A stretch of DNA of 64,000 nt from Alphaproteobacteria bacterium (GCA_031426355.1 JANPLD010000068.1:3056-67055); one strand, 5' to 3'. Counted from the stretch's first letter, positions 36,267-47,173 are shown. Made by a program: numbers and translations. The notes: generated by a model not told the origin, from the sequence alone.

Positions 36267-37325
36267 TTAATTATTTTCTTCCGGTTCATCCAATTGAACT
36301 TCTTCCTTTATCTCTTCTGCCGGTTCCTGCATTTCTTTGTATTTCTCAACAACGGTGAGTAATTTGCGGAGTACATCTACCGTTCCAGCGCCTGTGACGC
36401 CGGACATTGGGATAACTTTGAAATTGGATTTTCTTTGCAGGGATTTTACTTTTTTTGCAATCTCTTCATCGGTGAGTGAATCGATCTTATTCAGAACTAC
36501 AACTTCCTCTTTATCAGCAAGCACATCACTGTAAGCACGAAGTTCTTTCCTTATTACCGCATAGTTTTTGAGAAAATTTTCATCAGTGCCATCTACCAGA
36601 TGCAAGATAACGCGGCATCTTTCGACGTGTTTCAAAAATCTGTGACCAAGGCCGTGACCTTCAGATGCGCCCTCTATAAGGCCGGGGATATCTGATATAA
36701 CAAATTCTTTCTCATCAATATAAGCAACGCCAAGCTGCGGCTTTAGAGTTGTAAAAGGATAGTCGGCTATTTTTGGTTTTGCGCGAGTAGTCGCCGCTAG
36801 GAATGTCGATTTACCTGCGTTTGGGAGGCCAACAAGACCAACATCAGAGATAAGTTTTAATTTCAGCCATACCCACATATCCTGACCTTTCCAGCCGGGG
36901 GTTGACTTACGGGGAGCGCGATTTGTCGATGATTTATAATGCGTATTACCAAAGCCTCCATCACCGCCTTTAAGCAGAACGCGTTCAAAACTATTTTCCA
37001 TAACGTCAGCTATCATGGTTACCCCATCCTCAAGAAATATCTGCGTGCCGATAGGGATATTCAGGACTATATCATTACCATATTTACCATCACGAAGTGA
37101 TCCTTTACCCTGCTCACCATTTTGCGCGCGAAAATGTTGTGAGTAACGGTAATCAATAAGTGTATTAAGGTCAGTTATTGCCTTGAGTATTATATCACCA
37201 CCATTACCGCCATTACCGCCATTAGGGCCGCCATTAGGCGCGTTAGCTTCCCTGCGGAATGCTATACAGCCATTGCCACCATCACCGCTTTTAAGGTATA
37301 TCTTTGCTTCATCAATAAAGTGCAT
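36267..37325 (-). CDS. obgE: GTPase ObgE/CgtA
   Basis: Gly-rich Obg domain, GLPNAGKS, YPFTT, DIPG, NKID. Confidence 0.98.
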   Translation of the reverse strand: MHFIDEAKIYLKSGDGGNGCIAFRREANAPNGGPNGGNGGNGGDIILKAITDLNTLIDYRYSQHFRAQNGEQGKGSLRDGKYGNDIVLNIPIGTQIFLEDGVTMIADVMENSFERVLLKGGDGGFGNTHYKSSTNRAPRKSTPGWKGQDMWVWLKLKLISDVGLVGLPNAGKSTFLAATTRAKPKIADYPFTTLKPQLGVAYIDEKEFVISDIPGLIEGASEGHGLGHRFLKHVERCRVILHLVDGTDENFLKNYAVIRKELRAYSDVLADKEEVVVLNKIDSLTDEEIAKKVKSLQRKSNFKVIPMSGVTGAGTVDVLRKLLTVVEKYKEMQEPAEEIKEEVQLDEPEENN

Positions 37326-37370
37326 AATATAGTTTTTAGAGTTTAGTATTAGGCCGCATATCTTTTAAAT

Positions 37371-37396
37371 AAAAAAAGGCGGGAGAACCCGCCTTT
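37371..37396 (-). terminator. Intrinsic terminator after rpmA
   Basis: Minus strand AAAGGCGGG-TTCT-CCCGCCTTTTTTT. Confidence 0.88.
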
Positions 37397-37433
37397 GAAT
37401 ATAATATAAAAAATTTTTATTTCCAGTAAGCTA

Positions 37434-37694
37434 TTAAGCTACTGCTGGAATTACAGAAACATATACCCTGTCATCCCATTTAGTGTCAAATTTAACTACA
37501 CCGTCAACAGATGCGTGGATAGTATGATCTTTACCCATGAATACATTGTTACCTGGTTTCCATTTAGTTCCTCTCTGGCGAATCAATATATTGCCAGTTC
37601 TAACAACCTGTCCACCGAATCTTTTTACACCTAACCGTCTACCTGCGGAATCCCTTCCGTTGGAGGTACTACCACCTGCTTTCTTCGTTGCCAT
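37434..37694 (-). CDS. rpmA: 50S ribosomal protein L27
   Basis: [21 protein letters not shown]. Confidence 0.98.
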   Translation of the reverse strand: MATKKAGGSTSNGRDSAGRRLGVKRFGGQVVRTGNILIRQRGTKWKPGNNVFMGKDHTIHASVDGVVKFDTKWDDRVYVSVIPAVA

Positions 37695-37724
37695 GACTTA
37701 TTACTCCTTAGATTATCAAATATA

Positions 37725-38270
37725 TTACTCTGCTGATGCTTTAGTTTTGCCTGCTGCCTTTTTTCTAGGAGTAGCAGGTTTAGCTTCAGGTTTAGCAGTT
37801 GTTTCTTTCTTAGCTTTAGCTGGTTTAGCTTCTGCTTTTGGCTTCGCAGCTTTAATAGAGCCTTGAGCCTGTTTTTTCTCAGCTTTTGTAGGAGCAGTTT
37901 TCAGATCATTCACTCTCGCTTGATTTTCTTCCGGCTTGAAAGGAAGTATGTTTGCTTTGAGGTCTTTACCTATGCCAGTGATCTTGATCACTGTAACTAA
38001 TTGTCTGTGACCATTTTTACGTCTGTAATTGTGCCTGCGTTTCTTTTTGAAAACGATGATCTTATCAGCTTTTTTCTGGTTGATTATTTCAGCAGCAACA
38101 CCGAAACCTGAAAGACCTGAACCTAAAGCAATATCAGAACCTTGATTAATCATAAGAACTTCGTCAAGAAGTACTATAGAACCTATACCTGCTTCGATCT
38201 TCTCAACTTCGATAATATCGTTGGCCTGAACTTTATATTGTTTTCCGCCTGTTTTAATTACTGCGTACAT
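37725..38270 (-). CDS. rplU: 50S ribosomal protein L21 with Lys/Ala-rich C-terminal extension
   Basis: MYAVIKTGGKQY...GHRQ, followed by an extra tail of about 75 aa. Confidence 0.97.
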   Translation of the reverse strand: MYAVIKTGGKQYKVQANDIIEVEKIEAGIGSIVLLDEVLMINQGSDIALGSGLSGFGVAAEIINQKKADKIIVFKKKRRHNYRRKNGHRQLVTVIKITGIGKDLKANILPFKPEENQARVNDLKTAPTKAEKKQAQGSIKAAKPKAEAKPAKAKKETTAKPEAKPATPRKKAAGKTKASAE

Positions 38271-38360
38271 GGGTATTACTCATTTAATTCTGTTAAGGAA
38301 GGCCTCTTTAGGCATTTACTGGTGGTATGTCAAGTAAATATTGATCACCCCTGTTGTTTT

Positions 38361-38382
38361 TTGCCCACATTTATTATCCACT
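38361..38382 (+). promoter_or_regulatory. DnaA-box-like 9-mers upstream of dnaN
   Basis: TTGCCCACA (38361) and TTATCCACT (38374), compared with consensus TTATCCACA. Confidence 0.35.
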
Positions 38383-38465
38383 TGCAGGGTTACAACTACT
38401 ATATTATAACATATGTAAAGTTTTTTAGTAAAGCTTAGAAATCATATATATTATAAGAGGTTACG

Positions 38466-39608
38466 ATGGCAGAAGCGGCAAGGAAAATTAAGGCCCAAAC
38501 AGCATTTGATATCAACATAGAAAAAAATGCCTTTATCAGGGCACTTTCAAGGATCCAATCAGTTGTAGAAAAAAGAAATACCATTCCTATCCTTGCTAAC
38601 GTGAAAATTGAAGCGGCAAATAATGCTGTTACTTTAACAGTTACGGATATGGACCTTGTTGCCACCCAGCAAATTGAAGCGGCGGTTAATACTGAAGGTT
38701 CACTTACTGTTCCGGCGCTTACATTATACGACATCATACGTAAACTTCCTGAAGGCGCGCAGATTAACTTAAATGCTGATACTGCTTCTTCAAGGCTTAT
38801 CGTTAAATCAGGCAGTTCGAAATTCACGCTTTCATATCTTCCATCAGAAGATTTCCCTGTTATTGCGGAAGGCGACCTCACGCATTCTTTTGAAATGGAT
38901 GTTAAAACTTTCGTAAGACTTGTTGAGAAAACTAAATTCGCGATGAGTAACGAAGAAACAAGATATTACCTGAACGGCGTTTATTTCCATGTGATGAACG
39001 GCAATTTAAGAGCTGTTGCAACTGACGGCCACAGGCTTGCTTCTATTGAGATACCTTCACCTGAAGGCGCGCAAGGGATGCCGGGAGTTATCATTCCGCG
39101 TAAGGCAGTTAATGAACTTGCAAAACTTCTTGAAGGTCAGGATAAAGTTACAATATCTGTTTCTGAATCAAAAATAAAATTCACCGGAAATAAAATTGAA
39201 TTACTTTCAAAAGTAGTTGATGGAACTTTTCCTGATTACCAGAGAGTTATACCTGAGAATAATAAAAAATTTCTTACAACAAATACGCAAGCGATGAAAG
39301 ATGCGGTTGACAGGGTTTCCACTATCTCTGTTGATAAAACCAAAGCTATCAAGATCACTGTTAGCCAGAATAACATCAACCTTTATACGCAAGGTGTTGA
39401 AGGTTCGAGCGGTAATGAAGATGTTCCGGCAAATTATGGTGCTGATACTTTGGAACTCGGCTTTAACTCACGTTACGTTATTGAGATGTTACAGCAGATC
39501 GAAAATACTGAAGTTCAGTTCGCGCTTGATACTCCAAATGCTCCGGCGCTTATTACTGACCCTTCTGACAGTTCAGCTGTTTATATCATAATGCCGATGA
39601 GAGTTTAA
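38466..39608 (+). CDS. dnaN: DNA polymerase III beta clamp
   Basis: TIPILAN, ETRYYLNG, ATDGHRL, FPDYQRVIP, C-terminal MPMRV. Confidence 0.98.
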   Translation: MAEAARKIKAQTAFDINIEKNAFIRALSRIQSVVEKRNTIPILANVKIEAANNAVTLTVTDMDLVATQQIEAAVNTEGSLTVPALTLYDIIRKLPEGAQINLNADTASSRLIVKSGSSKFTLSYLPSEDFPVIAEGDLTHSFEMDVKTFVRLVEKTKFAMSNEETRYYLNGVYFHVMNGNLRAVATDGHRLASIEIPSPEGAQGMPGVIIPRKAVNELAKLLEGQDKVTISVSESKIKFTGNKIELLSKVVDGTFPDYQRVIPENNKKFLTTNTQAMKDAVDRVSTISVDKTKAIKITVSQNNINLYTQGVEGSSGNEDVPANYGADTLELGFNSRYVIEMLQQIENTEVQFALDTPNAPALITDPSDSSAVYIIMPMRV

Positions 39609-39617
39609 TTCTTATAT

Positions 39618-40442
39618 TTATTGTGGTTGCGGGAGATGTTGTTTTAACCTTCCGCCAACCCTTAAATAATCTACTTTTTTTGCAAGTCCTGTTCTTTCAT
39701 CAAGTTCAACATATGTTCCGCACATAGTGCCGTCACCTTCAGCAGGCTCCATTTTATTAGGGCCGCGAATCTTATTTAGAAAATTTGGGATAGAAATATC
39801 TTTTCGGAAACCAATAACGGAATCGTAATCACCACACATACCTGCATCAGTATGGTAAGCCGTACCTTTAGGGAAAATTTGGACATCTGCAGTTGGCACA
39901 TGCGTATGAGTACCGAATACTGCGGAAACTTTTCCGTCTAAATAATGGCCCATTGCCATTTTCTCTGAAGTGGCCTCACCATGGATATCAACAAAAATAT
40001 AATTCACATCTTTGCCAAAGTGATATTTGGAAAGGATATTGGTAACCACTTCAAATGGGCAGTTTACCTGAAAACGCATGAATAGCTGGCACATTAAATG
40101 TATCACCAGTATTTTTTGGCCGTTATTAAGCGAATAAACATTAAAACCTTTTCCTGAAAGCTGCGGCGGCATGTTTGCAGGGCGAAGCATCTGCGGATAC
40201 TGGCCTATGAAAAATTTTGTTTCCTTCTGATCAAAAGTGTGGTCACCGCACGTAACTACGTTAGCGCCGTTAATTATGAAGGTAGTTATTATCTTTTCAT
40301 TAACGCCAAAACCATTGGCTGCATTCTCACCATTAACAACACAAAAATCTATTCCCAGTTCCTTTTTTACGCGACCGAGATGGTTCGCGACAACATCGCG
40401 TCCGCTTTTACCAACCACATCACCTAAAAATAATAATTTCAC
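39618..40442 (-). CDS. YmdB/TIGR00282-type metallophosphoesterase
   Basis: GDVVG, NGEN, HGEATSEK, GTHTHV. Confidence 0.93.
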   Translation of the reverse strand: MKLLFLGDVVGKSGRDVVANHLGRVKKELGIDFCVVNGENAANGFGVNEKIITTFIINGANVVTCGDHTFDQKETKFFIGQYPQMLRPANMPPQLSGKGFNVYSLNNGQKILVIHLMCQLFMRFQVNCPFEVVTNILSKYHFGKDVNYIFVDIHGEATSEKMAMGHYLDGKVSAVFGTHTHVPTADVQIFPKGTAYHTDAGMCGDYDSVIGFRKDISIPNFLNKIRGPNKMEPAEGDGTMCGTYVELDERTGLAKKVDYLRVGGRLKQHLPQPQ

Positions 40443-40453
40443 AACTGCGTTGT

Positions 40454-41716
40454 TTAGTTTTGCTCTTTCTCTCGATAGACCCTAGCGCCAAGCATTTCAA
40501 GCTTTTCTTCGATCTTTTCATAGCCCCTGTCTAAATGGTAGAGGCGGGTTATCTTGGATTTTCCATCAGCATTAAGTGCTGCCAAGATTAGGGAAACTGA
40601 GGCACGCAGGTCAGTTGCCATGACTTCGGCATGCTTGAACCTGTCGATTCCCCTGATCTTTAGTACATTACCACTTATCTCAAGATCAGCACCCATTCTC
40701 TGTAGTTCCGGGGCATGCATGAAACGGTTTTCAAAAATGTTTTCTTCCATGGTGGAAATTCCGTCAGCAAGGCACATCATGGTTGTTATCTGCGCCTGCA
40801 TATCAGTTGGAAAGCCGGGATATGGAGCAGTTGAGATATTGGCGGCCTTAAGCTTTTTAGGGCCTGTAACTTTAAATGAATTTTTATTACGTTTAACAAT
40901 ACATCCCATCTCTTCAAGGACATCAAGAGTAGATGATAAAATAAGCGGGGAGATATTCTGCACTTCAATTTCTCCGCCTGTAACGGCGGCAGCGGCAGCG
41001 AAAGTTCCGGCCTCAATACGATCAGAAATTACTGAATGGGAGCAGCCTTTCAGATCATTCACACCTTCAATTTCTATACGGCTGGTTCCTGCGCCAGAAA
41101 TTTTTGCGCCCATTGCGGTAAGCATATGGGCAAGATCAGTTATTTCAGGCTCACGTGCAGCATTATTTATTATGGTTGTACCGTTTGCCAGAGTTGCGGC
41201 TATCAAAGTATTTTCAGTTGCGCCGACGGAAACTTTCGGGAAGTTTATTTCCGCTCCTTTTAATTTGCCGCGGACTGATGCTTTAACATAGCCGTCTTCC
41301 AGAACTATCTTCGCGCCCATTGCTTCCAGAGCTTCAAGGTGGAAATTCACTGGCCTTGCGCCAATTGCGCAGCCACCCGGGAGGGAAACTTCTGCCTTGC
41401 CATATCTTGCGACTAAACCGCCCAGAACAATAACCGAGGCACGCATTTTGCTGACTATCTCATAAGGCGCGCGCGGCGCTTTAAGTTTAGCGGCTTTTAT
41501 TTCCACGGTGTTTCCCCCGCAGTTAATATCTGCGCCCATATCAGAAAGCAGTTCGCACATAGTGCGAACATCTGAAAGATTTGGAACATTTGAAAGACTG
41601 ACCTTTTTATCAGTAAGCAGACAAGCTGCCATTAAAGGCAATACTGCATTCTTGGAACCTGCGGTTTTCACTTTACCACTGAGGCGCTTTCCGCCTTCTA
41701 CTGAGAGATAGTACAT
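40454..41716 (-). CDS. murA: UDP-N-acetylglucosamine enolpyruvyl transferase
   Basis: KNAVLP, LPGGCAIGARP, FPTDMQ, DLRA, DRGYE. Confidence 0.98.
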   Translation of the reverse strand: MYYLSVEGGKRLSGKVKTAGSKNAVLPLMAACLLTDKKVSLSNVPNLSDVRTMCELLSDMGADINCGGNTVEIKAAKLKAPRAPYEIVSKMRASVIVLGGLVARYGKAEVSLPGGCAIGARPVNFHLEALEAMGAKIVLEDGYVKASVRGKLKGAEINFPKVSVGATENTLIAATLANGTTIINNAAREPEITDLAHMLTAMGAKISGAGTSRIEIEGVNDLKGCSHSVISDRIEAGTFAAAAAVTGGEIEVQNISPLILSSTLDVLEEMGCIVKRNKNSFKVTGPKKLKAANISTAPYPGFPTDMQAQITTMMCLADGISTMEENIFENRFMHAPELQRMGADLEISGNVLKIRGIDRFKHAEVMATDLRASVSLILAALNADGKSKITRLYHLDRGYEKIEEKLEMLGARVYREKEQN

Positions 41717-41783
41717 AATTTGATATTTTAGATTCTTTCTAAATAAAAATATAATATAATCAATACGTTATTTGAACTTAAAC

Positions 41784-41815
41784 TTAACCATTTATTAACC
41801 TTTTTATAGTAAAAT
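41784..41815 (+). promoter_or_regulatory. Full CtrA-type box plus -10 upstream of HExxH orphan
   Basis: TTAA-CCATTTA-TTAAC at 41784-41799; TAAAAT at 41810-41815. Confidence 0.62.
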
Positions 41816-41839
41816 ATTCAAATAGCAATAAGGGTGCTT

Positions 41840-43078
41840 ATGGAATTTTATGATATAGAAATCAAGGCAACAGATGGTCAAACTTATCTTGTACGTATAG
41901 ACAGGAAATCTGATTTATTTACTAAGGCGCCAATCACCAAAGCAGAAAGAGAAAAATATTTGGAAGAAAAGTTGGCTTTTGCCATCAACACATTTAGTGA
42001 CGTAAGTAAGAAAAACAAAAATCTTGCTTCAAACGTAATTTTTATTTTACCGAAAAATAATCCTGATGTGTCTTATGCCGCTATTAATTCTGGATTACCT
42101 GATTCGCCTGAATATAAGGAGCCTTCATTATATTTAAACGAAGTATCATTAAAAGAAAAAAATTATTATGCTTTATATTCCGTATTTGAACATGAATTAT
42201 CCCATGCAAGAAATAAGGATTTATCAGCAGGAGTTTCTTTGAAATTTCTTTCTGATAAAATTGAGCGGTTTGATAATTTTTTTTCTGCCATGGAAAATGG
42301 CGAATTAATATCAATCAAAGATTCAGTTATTAAAGAAGAATTTTCTGATTTTATTACCAAGGCTAAAAAATTTAAAGATTTTTGCGATAGAAACCAACTT
42401 AATCTCAAAGACAGAATGGGATTAAATGAATCATTAAAAAATCAGGGTTTATATGAAGAATATATAAATAATATAAATACACTTGGGCAATTATATATTG
42501 CTAATCTGGTAATGAAACTTCCCGGAGAAAATTCACAAAAAGAGCAGTTTAGTGAAGCTGAATTAATTAAGCAATATAAAGAATTGCAAGGGTTTTTATC
42601 TGATATAAAAGAAATTAAAAAAATCCAGGAATTAAAAGCAGATATTTCGGCATCTTATCCAAATGCTGCTTCAACACTTCTGGAAAAGCTTGATCTTATT
42701 AACCGTGAACATGAATTGAAAGCTATTGAAGAATTTGCAAAACTTATTGAAGGGCTTGCTCTTAAAGGCATTAAATATAGGCCTATTAAGGAATCTCATC
42801 CTAATTTTTCTGAAAGATATGCAGAGCTTGACTGTATAAGAGAACAAAGAACTAAAGAATTGTATAAGAAGTCCATATCGGCGGAATTTGGCAATAAATT
42901 GCCGTCTATTAGCGAAAAAGAGTTAGAGGGAATAATTTCAGCAGGTGGTATAATAAAAGATCATGGTGGAATAGTTGATTTTACTAATACTAAAGAAATT
43001 CAAACTTTAACCATTGGTAGCGACATATATAACGTAGCTTATGAAAATACTGAAGTAGGTAAAAATCTAAAAAGCTAG
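41840..43078 (+). CDS. Orphan soluble zinc metalloprotease, M48-like; candidate effector
   Basis: FEHELSHA, then REHELKA and SHPNFSER motifs; no TM or signal peptide. ATG 41840 (alternative GTG 41834). Confidence 0.65.
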   Translation: MEFYDIEIKATDGQTYLVRIDRKSDLFTKAPITKAEREKYLEEKLAFAINTFSDVSKKNKNLASNVIFILPKNNPDVSYAAINSGLPDSPEYKEPSLYLNEVSLKEKNYYALYSVFEHELSHARNKDLSAGVSLKFLSDKIERFDNFFSAMENGELISIKDSVIKEEFSDFITKAKKFKDFCDRNQLNLKDRMGLNESLKNQGLYEEYINNINTLGQLYIANLVMKLPGENSQKEQFSEAELIKQYKELQGFLSDIKEIKKIQELKADISASYPNAASTLLEKLDLINREHELKAIEEFAKLIEGLALKGIKYRPIKESHPNFSERYAELDCIREQRTKELYKKSISAEFGNKLPSISEKELEGIISAGGIIKDHGGIVDFTNTKEIQTLTIGSDIYNVAYENTEVGKNLKS

Positions 43079-43081
43079 TCT

Positions 43082-43651
43082 CTAAATCTTCGGCAATGTA
43101 ACACCAGTCTGGCCCATATATTTGCCGGAGCGGTTTTTGTAGGATATTTCGCAAGGTTCGTTACCTTTTAAAAAGAGGAACTGACAGGCGCCTTCGTTCG
43201 CGTAAATTTTTGCAGGGAGCGGAGTTGTATTTGAGAACTCTAACGTCACATGCCCTTCCCAGCCTGGCTCTAAGGGTGTAACATTAACTATGATGCCGCA
43301 TCTGGCGTAAGTAGATTTACCAACGCATATGACCAGAACATCTTCCGGAACGCGGAAATATTCTACTGTGCGGGCAAGTGCAAAACTGTTTGGGGGAATG
43401 ATGCAAACATCAGTTTTTCTGTCGACAAAGCTTTTCGGGCAGAAATCTTTAGGGTCAACAGTTGCGGAATCAACATTGGTGAATATTTTGAACTCATCTG
43501 AAACGCGCGCATCATAGCCGTATGATGATACACCGAATGATATAACTCCGGAACCGGCGCCATCTTTTTTGACCTGCCTTTCTGCGAATGGTTCAATCAT
43601 GGCGTGCTCGCGCGCCATTTTTGTTATCCATTTATCTGACATTACCGACAT
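43082..43651 (-). CDS. dcd: dCTP deaminase
   Basis: [29 protein letters not shown]. Confidence 0.97.
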   Translation of the reverse strand: MSVMSDKWITKMAREHAMIEPFAERQVKKDGAGSGVISFGVSSYGYDARVSDEFKIFTNVDSATVDPKDFCPKSFVDRKTDVCIIPPNSFALARTVEYFRVPEDVLVICVGKSTYARCGIIVNVTPLEPGWEGHVTLEFSNTTPLPAKIYANEGACQFLFLKGNEPCEISYKNRSGKYMGQTGVTLPKI

Positions 43652-43718
43652 AAATTTCTTTTATTTTGACTAAAGTGTGAAATCTTTATAATCTCCCGCT
43701 GGATTTTACAATAATTAT

Positions 43719-44399
43719 ATGACCAAAGATTTAAAAAACCATACGGTTACAGCATTTGACCAAGACCTAAAAAAGATCGGGAAGAACCTTTATGCCATGA
43801 CGGAACTTGTTATTGATTCTGTTAAGATATTCAAGGAATGTCTTGTTTCACGTACGGCTGAGGCTTTGAAAAGTGTAAGATCAATTGATGATAAGATAAA
43901 TGATCTTGAAAAACAGGTTGAAAAGCTTTCGACCAATATAATAGCGCTTCGCCACCCAATGGCGGTTGACCTTCGCTTTGTTATTTCTGCGATAAAGATA
44001 TCAACTATGGTAGAAAGGCAGGGTGATATTGTAGAAAGTGCCGTTCGCAAAACCGTTGCGATCAAGCAGGAAATTCTTGAAGCTTACAAGATGTCCCTTG
44101 AAGAAGTTGTTAATATGGATGTTGAGATGCTTCAAAATGCTATAAAGGGCTTTAATGAGCAGGATATATTGATCGCCAATAAAGTCTGGAGAATGGAAGA
44201 TAAAGTTGATGATTTCTGCGATTCATTATTTGACAGGATCAAAGGCGATATAAGGAATAGCCCTAATGATGTTGATCATTATATATCACTTATGCTAATC
44301 GTTCGCGCGCTTGAAAGGCTTGCGGATTACTGTACAAAAATAACCAAAGCTTTGCACTATGTTACATCCGGTGAGAGAGTCAGCGAAAAAGATTTCTAG
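43719..44399 (+). CDS. phoU: Phosphate signalling regulator PhoU
   Basis: HTVTAFDQDL, PMAVDLR, ERQGD, LERLADY. Confidence 0.92.
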   Translation: MTKDLKNHTVTAFDQDLKKIGKNLYAMTELVIDSVKIFKECLVSRTAEALKSVRSIDDKINDLEKQVEKLSTNIIALRHPMAVDLRFVISAIKISTMVERQGDIVESAVRKTVAIKQEILEAYKMSLEEVVNMDVEMLQNAIKGFNEQDILIANKVWRMEDKVDDFCDSLFDRIKGDIRNSPNDVDHYISLMLIVRALERLADYCTKITKALHYVTSGERVSEKDF

Positions 44400-44673
44400 A
44401 GTTTCGCTCTTTTTATTTGTTTTATTACTTGCAGATAATTCCTTTGCACAGGAGCTTATAAGGATCAATACTTCTGACTTTAAAGACCCGAGATGCTTAA
44501 CGGCGACCACTGTTAGGGATAAAAGAAGGGCAAGATGTGACAGAGGAGAGCTGCCAAGTGTTCTGGTAATATCAAATACAGCAAAAGTTAGAAAATATCC
44601 TGACCCGCAATATAAATATGATGCAAAGCTAGGCGGTTATAAAAGATACCCTATACATAGAAGAAGTAATTAA
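44371..44673 (+). CDS. Small basic, probably exported hypothetical protein
   Basis: Signal-peptide-like stretch ending SFA-QE, two Cys; start uncertain (GTG 44371 or ATG 44359). Confidence 0.45.
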   Translation: MRESAKKISRVSLFLFVLLLADNSFAQELIRINTSDFKDPRCLTATTVRDKRRARCDRGELPSVLVISNTAKVRKYPDPQYKYDAKLGGYKRYPIHRRSN

Positions 44674-44725
44674 ACTACTTCTGTTTTACTTAAATTATTT
44701 TAAGAGAAAATTATTTTGAGGGAAA

Positions 44726-44803
44726 TGGGGCGAGTGACGGGGCTCGAACCCGCGACATCAAGTTCCACAAACTTGCGCTCTAACCAGCTGAACTACACCC
44801 GCC
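44726..44803 (-). tRNA. tRNA-His (GTG)
   Basis: Cloverleaf G-GCGGGTG...TTGTGGA...GGTTCGAGCC...CACTCGC-C-CCA, with G-1:C73 and encoded CCA. Confidence 0.97.
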
Positions 44804-44859
44804 ATATTCAAGCGCCTAAAAAGAGTAATTTCTATAGAAAGTCAATAGAAAGGTTAATT

Positions 44860-44933
44860 TAAGTGGTTAAGTGATTAGGTGGTTAAGTGAATTATAAAAA
44901 ACCACTTAGCCACTTAGGTCACTTAAACACTTA
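44860..44933. repeat. Octamer 4+4 inverted repeat hairpin (unit TAAGTGGT/ACCACTTA)
   Basis: taagtggt-taagtgat-taggtggt-taagtga, then accactta-gccactta-ggtcactta-aacactta; immediately 3' of tolB. Confidence 0.85.
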
Positions 44934-44935
44934 CA

Positions 44936-46261
44936 CTATCTACTAAGTAAGGGGCTCCATGCCGGATCAGAAGCTTGGGTTGAGGTTTCGATACGGCGGA
45001 GGTTATAACCGGTTATATCAACACTGTATATTGAGCTTCTTCCAGGAACTGTTGAAGAGCCGGGAGTTTTTCTGGAGAAGAGGATAACACGGCCATTCGG
45101 GCTCCATGTCGGGCCTTCATCAAGGTAACTTTCAGTAAGCATCCTTTCGCCGCTACCATCAGGTTTCATAACGCCGATATAGAATTTACCACCGAGCATT
45201 TTTGTAAATGCTATCAAGTCACCACGTGGGGACCAGACAGGAGTAGCAAACCTTCCGCGGCCATAGCTTATCCTTTTTACATTACTGCCATCAGCATTCA
45301 TTGTATAAACTTGCTGAACACCAGTTCTGTCAGATTCAAAAGTTATCTGCCTCATATCTGGTGAGAATGAAGGGGAAGTATCAATTGATGGATGGCTGGT
45401 AATTTTCTTAACCCTGCGGGAACCAAGATCCATAACGTAGATGTCGGCATTACCGTTTACGGAAACTGAGAAGATAGCCTTCTGCCCGTCAGGTGAGAAC
45501 CTTGGTGCAAAACTCATACCCGGTAACTGGCCTAATATCTCTTCGCGGCCTGTTGAGAGGTTATAAATGTTAACGCTTGGTGTTCTGGTTCTATAAGAAA
45601 GATAGATAAGCCTCTGCATTGAAGGGTCAAAACGAGGGGTTAAAACTAGGCTTCTGCCAGAAGTTAAGAACATCTGGTTGGCGCCATCCTGATCCATTAT
45701 CGCAAGCCTTTTAATAGGCCTTCTCCAGTCACCAGCTTCACCAATATACACTATGCGGGAATCAAAATAGCCTTTTTCACCGGTTAAATATTCATATATC
45801 TCATCTGATATGAGGTGAGATATCCTGCGCCAGCCACCTGTTGTTGCGCGGTAAGATTTAGCAAGGGTCTGCCTGCCTGTTAGAACATCCCATAACCTGA
45901 ACTGAACTTTTATCCTGTCGCCGCCTTCGCTTTCAATTGAGCCAACTACAAGAGCCTGCGCCCTGATATTTTTCCAGCTTGAAAATTGTGGGATAGAGTT
46001 AATTCCAAGGTTTTTCTGTAGATATGAAGTTTTATTTATTACATTAAAAAGGCCTGACCTGTTAAGGTTATTGGCGAGTACGCCTACCATTTTAGAACCT
46101 ACATCTGACGTAACGCTGTCAGTGCCGGTAAAATCAGGTGTCGCTATACGGATAGGATCATAACTACCCTGGTTTATATCAATTTTAAGAACTGCGTGCG
46201 CTTCATTAACGGCAAAAAATGAAATAAAAAGAAGAAGCGTCAATAATTTAGTGAATCTCAT
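44936..46261 (-). CDS. tolB: Tol-Pal periplasmic protein TolB
   Basis: Signal peptide, [19 protein letters not shown], repeated P.(W/F)SPDG propeller blades, DPAWSP. Confidence 0.96.
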   Translation of the reverse strand: MRFTKLLTLLLFISFFAVNEAHAVLKIDINQGSYDPIRIATPDFTGTDSVTSDVGSKMVGVLANNLNRSGLFNVINKTSYLQKNLGINSIPQFSSWKNIRAQALVVGSIESEGGDRIKVQFRLWDVLTGRQTLAKSYRATTGGWRRISHLISDEIYEYLTGEKGYFDSRIVYIGEAGDWRRPIKRLAIMDQDGANQMFLTSGRSLVLTPRFDPSMQRLIYLSYRTRTPSVNIYNLSTGREEILGQLPGMSFAPRFSPDGQKAIFSVSVNGNADIYVMDLGSRRVKKITSHPSIDTSPSFSPDMRQITFESDRTGVQQVYTMNADGSNVKRISYGRGRFATPVWSPRGDLIAFTKMLGGKFYIGVMKPDGSGERMLTESYLDEGPTWSPNGRVILFSRKTPGSSTVPGRSSIYSVDITGYNLRRIETSTQASDPAWSPLLSR

Positions 46262-46387
46262 AAATATATTCCTGAAAATTTTTTTGGGATTCTACATATA
46301 AGGTTTAAAAAAACAAGTGACAAGTACCTTGATAAATATATTCAAAGCCTATAAAACCTCATTTAATAATAAGGGATAACGCTTAGC

Positions 46388-47173
46388 ATGAGAATTAAAG
46401 ACGAAGAAAAAATACTTTCACATGAATTTTTAATTGAATTAAGAAAGATTCGTGAAGAAAAAGGAATCAGCCTTGAAGAAGTTGCGGAAAGAACCAACAT
46501 CAAACTTGCTTATATAAAAGCAATTGAAGAAGGTAATCTTGATGACCTTCCGGGTGGGATATATAACAGGGCTTATATAAGGAGCGTTTCAGAATTCCTC
46601 GGTGTTGATACAAGGCCATTTGAAAAGAAAATAAATGGTGAGGAGATTTTTGTCCCTCATAAAATGGAAATAGAATTCGGCCGGGATGCTAGCTCTAATG
46701 TGCCGACAAAAACACTTATCACAGTATGCGTACTCTGCATAATTATGGTGTATCTAATGTTCTTCTCGGGGATATCCGATAAGAAAGACGAAATCAAAAC
46801 CTCTGATGGAAAAGATTCAGATATTGAAATTCCAAACCCTGTAACACCACTTGACAGAATCGCGAAAACAAATGATTCTACAATATCAATCGTTGCTTTG
46901 CGTCCGGCAAAAATAACGCTTCTTAATGAAGATGAAGAAGTGATAATTGATAAAGATTTAAAAATGAATCAGGTTTATATTTATACTTTGTCGCAGCAGA
47001 AAATGCAGGAAGAAACCTTGCTTAAAGTAGATAATATTGAAAGTGTTGAGATATATCTTAACGGAATACCTGTTCCAAATACTAATAATTTAGAAAAGGA
47101 TGATGAATATTATATCCTTACATTTGAAAATCTTTTCAAATCCATAAGTATTAAAAATACTCCTAGTAAATGA
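46388..47173 (+). CDS. rodZ: RodZ-like HTH transmembrane protein
   Basis: N-terminal HTH ([21 protein letters not shown]), single TM, conserved position before ispG. Confidence 0.8.
   Translation: MRIKDEEKILSHEFLIELRKIREEKGISLEEVAERTNIKLAYIKAIEEGNLDDLPGGIYNRAYIRSVSEFLGVDTRPFEKKINGEEIFVPHKMEIEFGRDASSNVPTKTLITVCVLCIIMVYLMFFSGISDKKDEIKTSDGKDSDIEIPNPVTPLDRIAKTNDSTISIVALRPAKITLLNEDEEVIIDKDLKMNQVYIYTLSQQKMQEETLLKVDNIESVEIYLNGIPVPNTNNLEKDDEYYILTFENLFKSISIKNTPSK

Noticed and set aside
37329-37353. Weak TAG-periodic run upstream of obgE
   Set aside because: Irregular period (7, 7, 6) and no inverted arm; indistinguishable from AT-rich noise.
38271-38465. Possible oriC upstream of dnaN
   Set aside because: Only two imperfect DnaA-like boxes in under 200 bp, and no dnaA nearby.
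40554-41291. Long antisense ORFs (for example 40554-41291, 32420-33055, 29929-30471, 20626-21075)
   Set aside because: They are shadow frames opposite well-supported genes and show no recognisable motifs.
44690-44703. TTAA...TTAA downstream of the small ORF
   Set aside because: The spacer is 6 nt rather than 7, and it lies between convergent 3' ends.
44726-44803. tRNA-His as an atypical (G-1-less) tRNA or as an integration site
   Set aside because: It has canonical G-1:C73. I saw no integrase or duplicated 3' end nearby.
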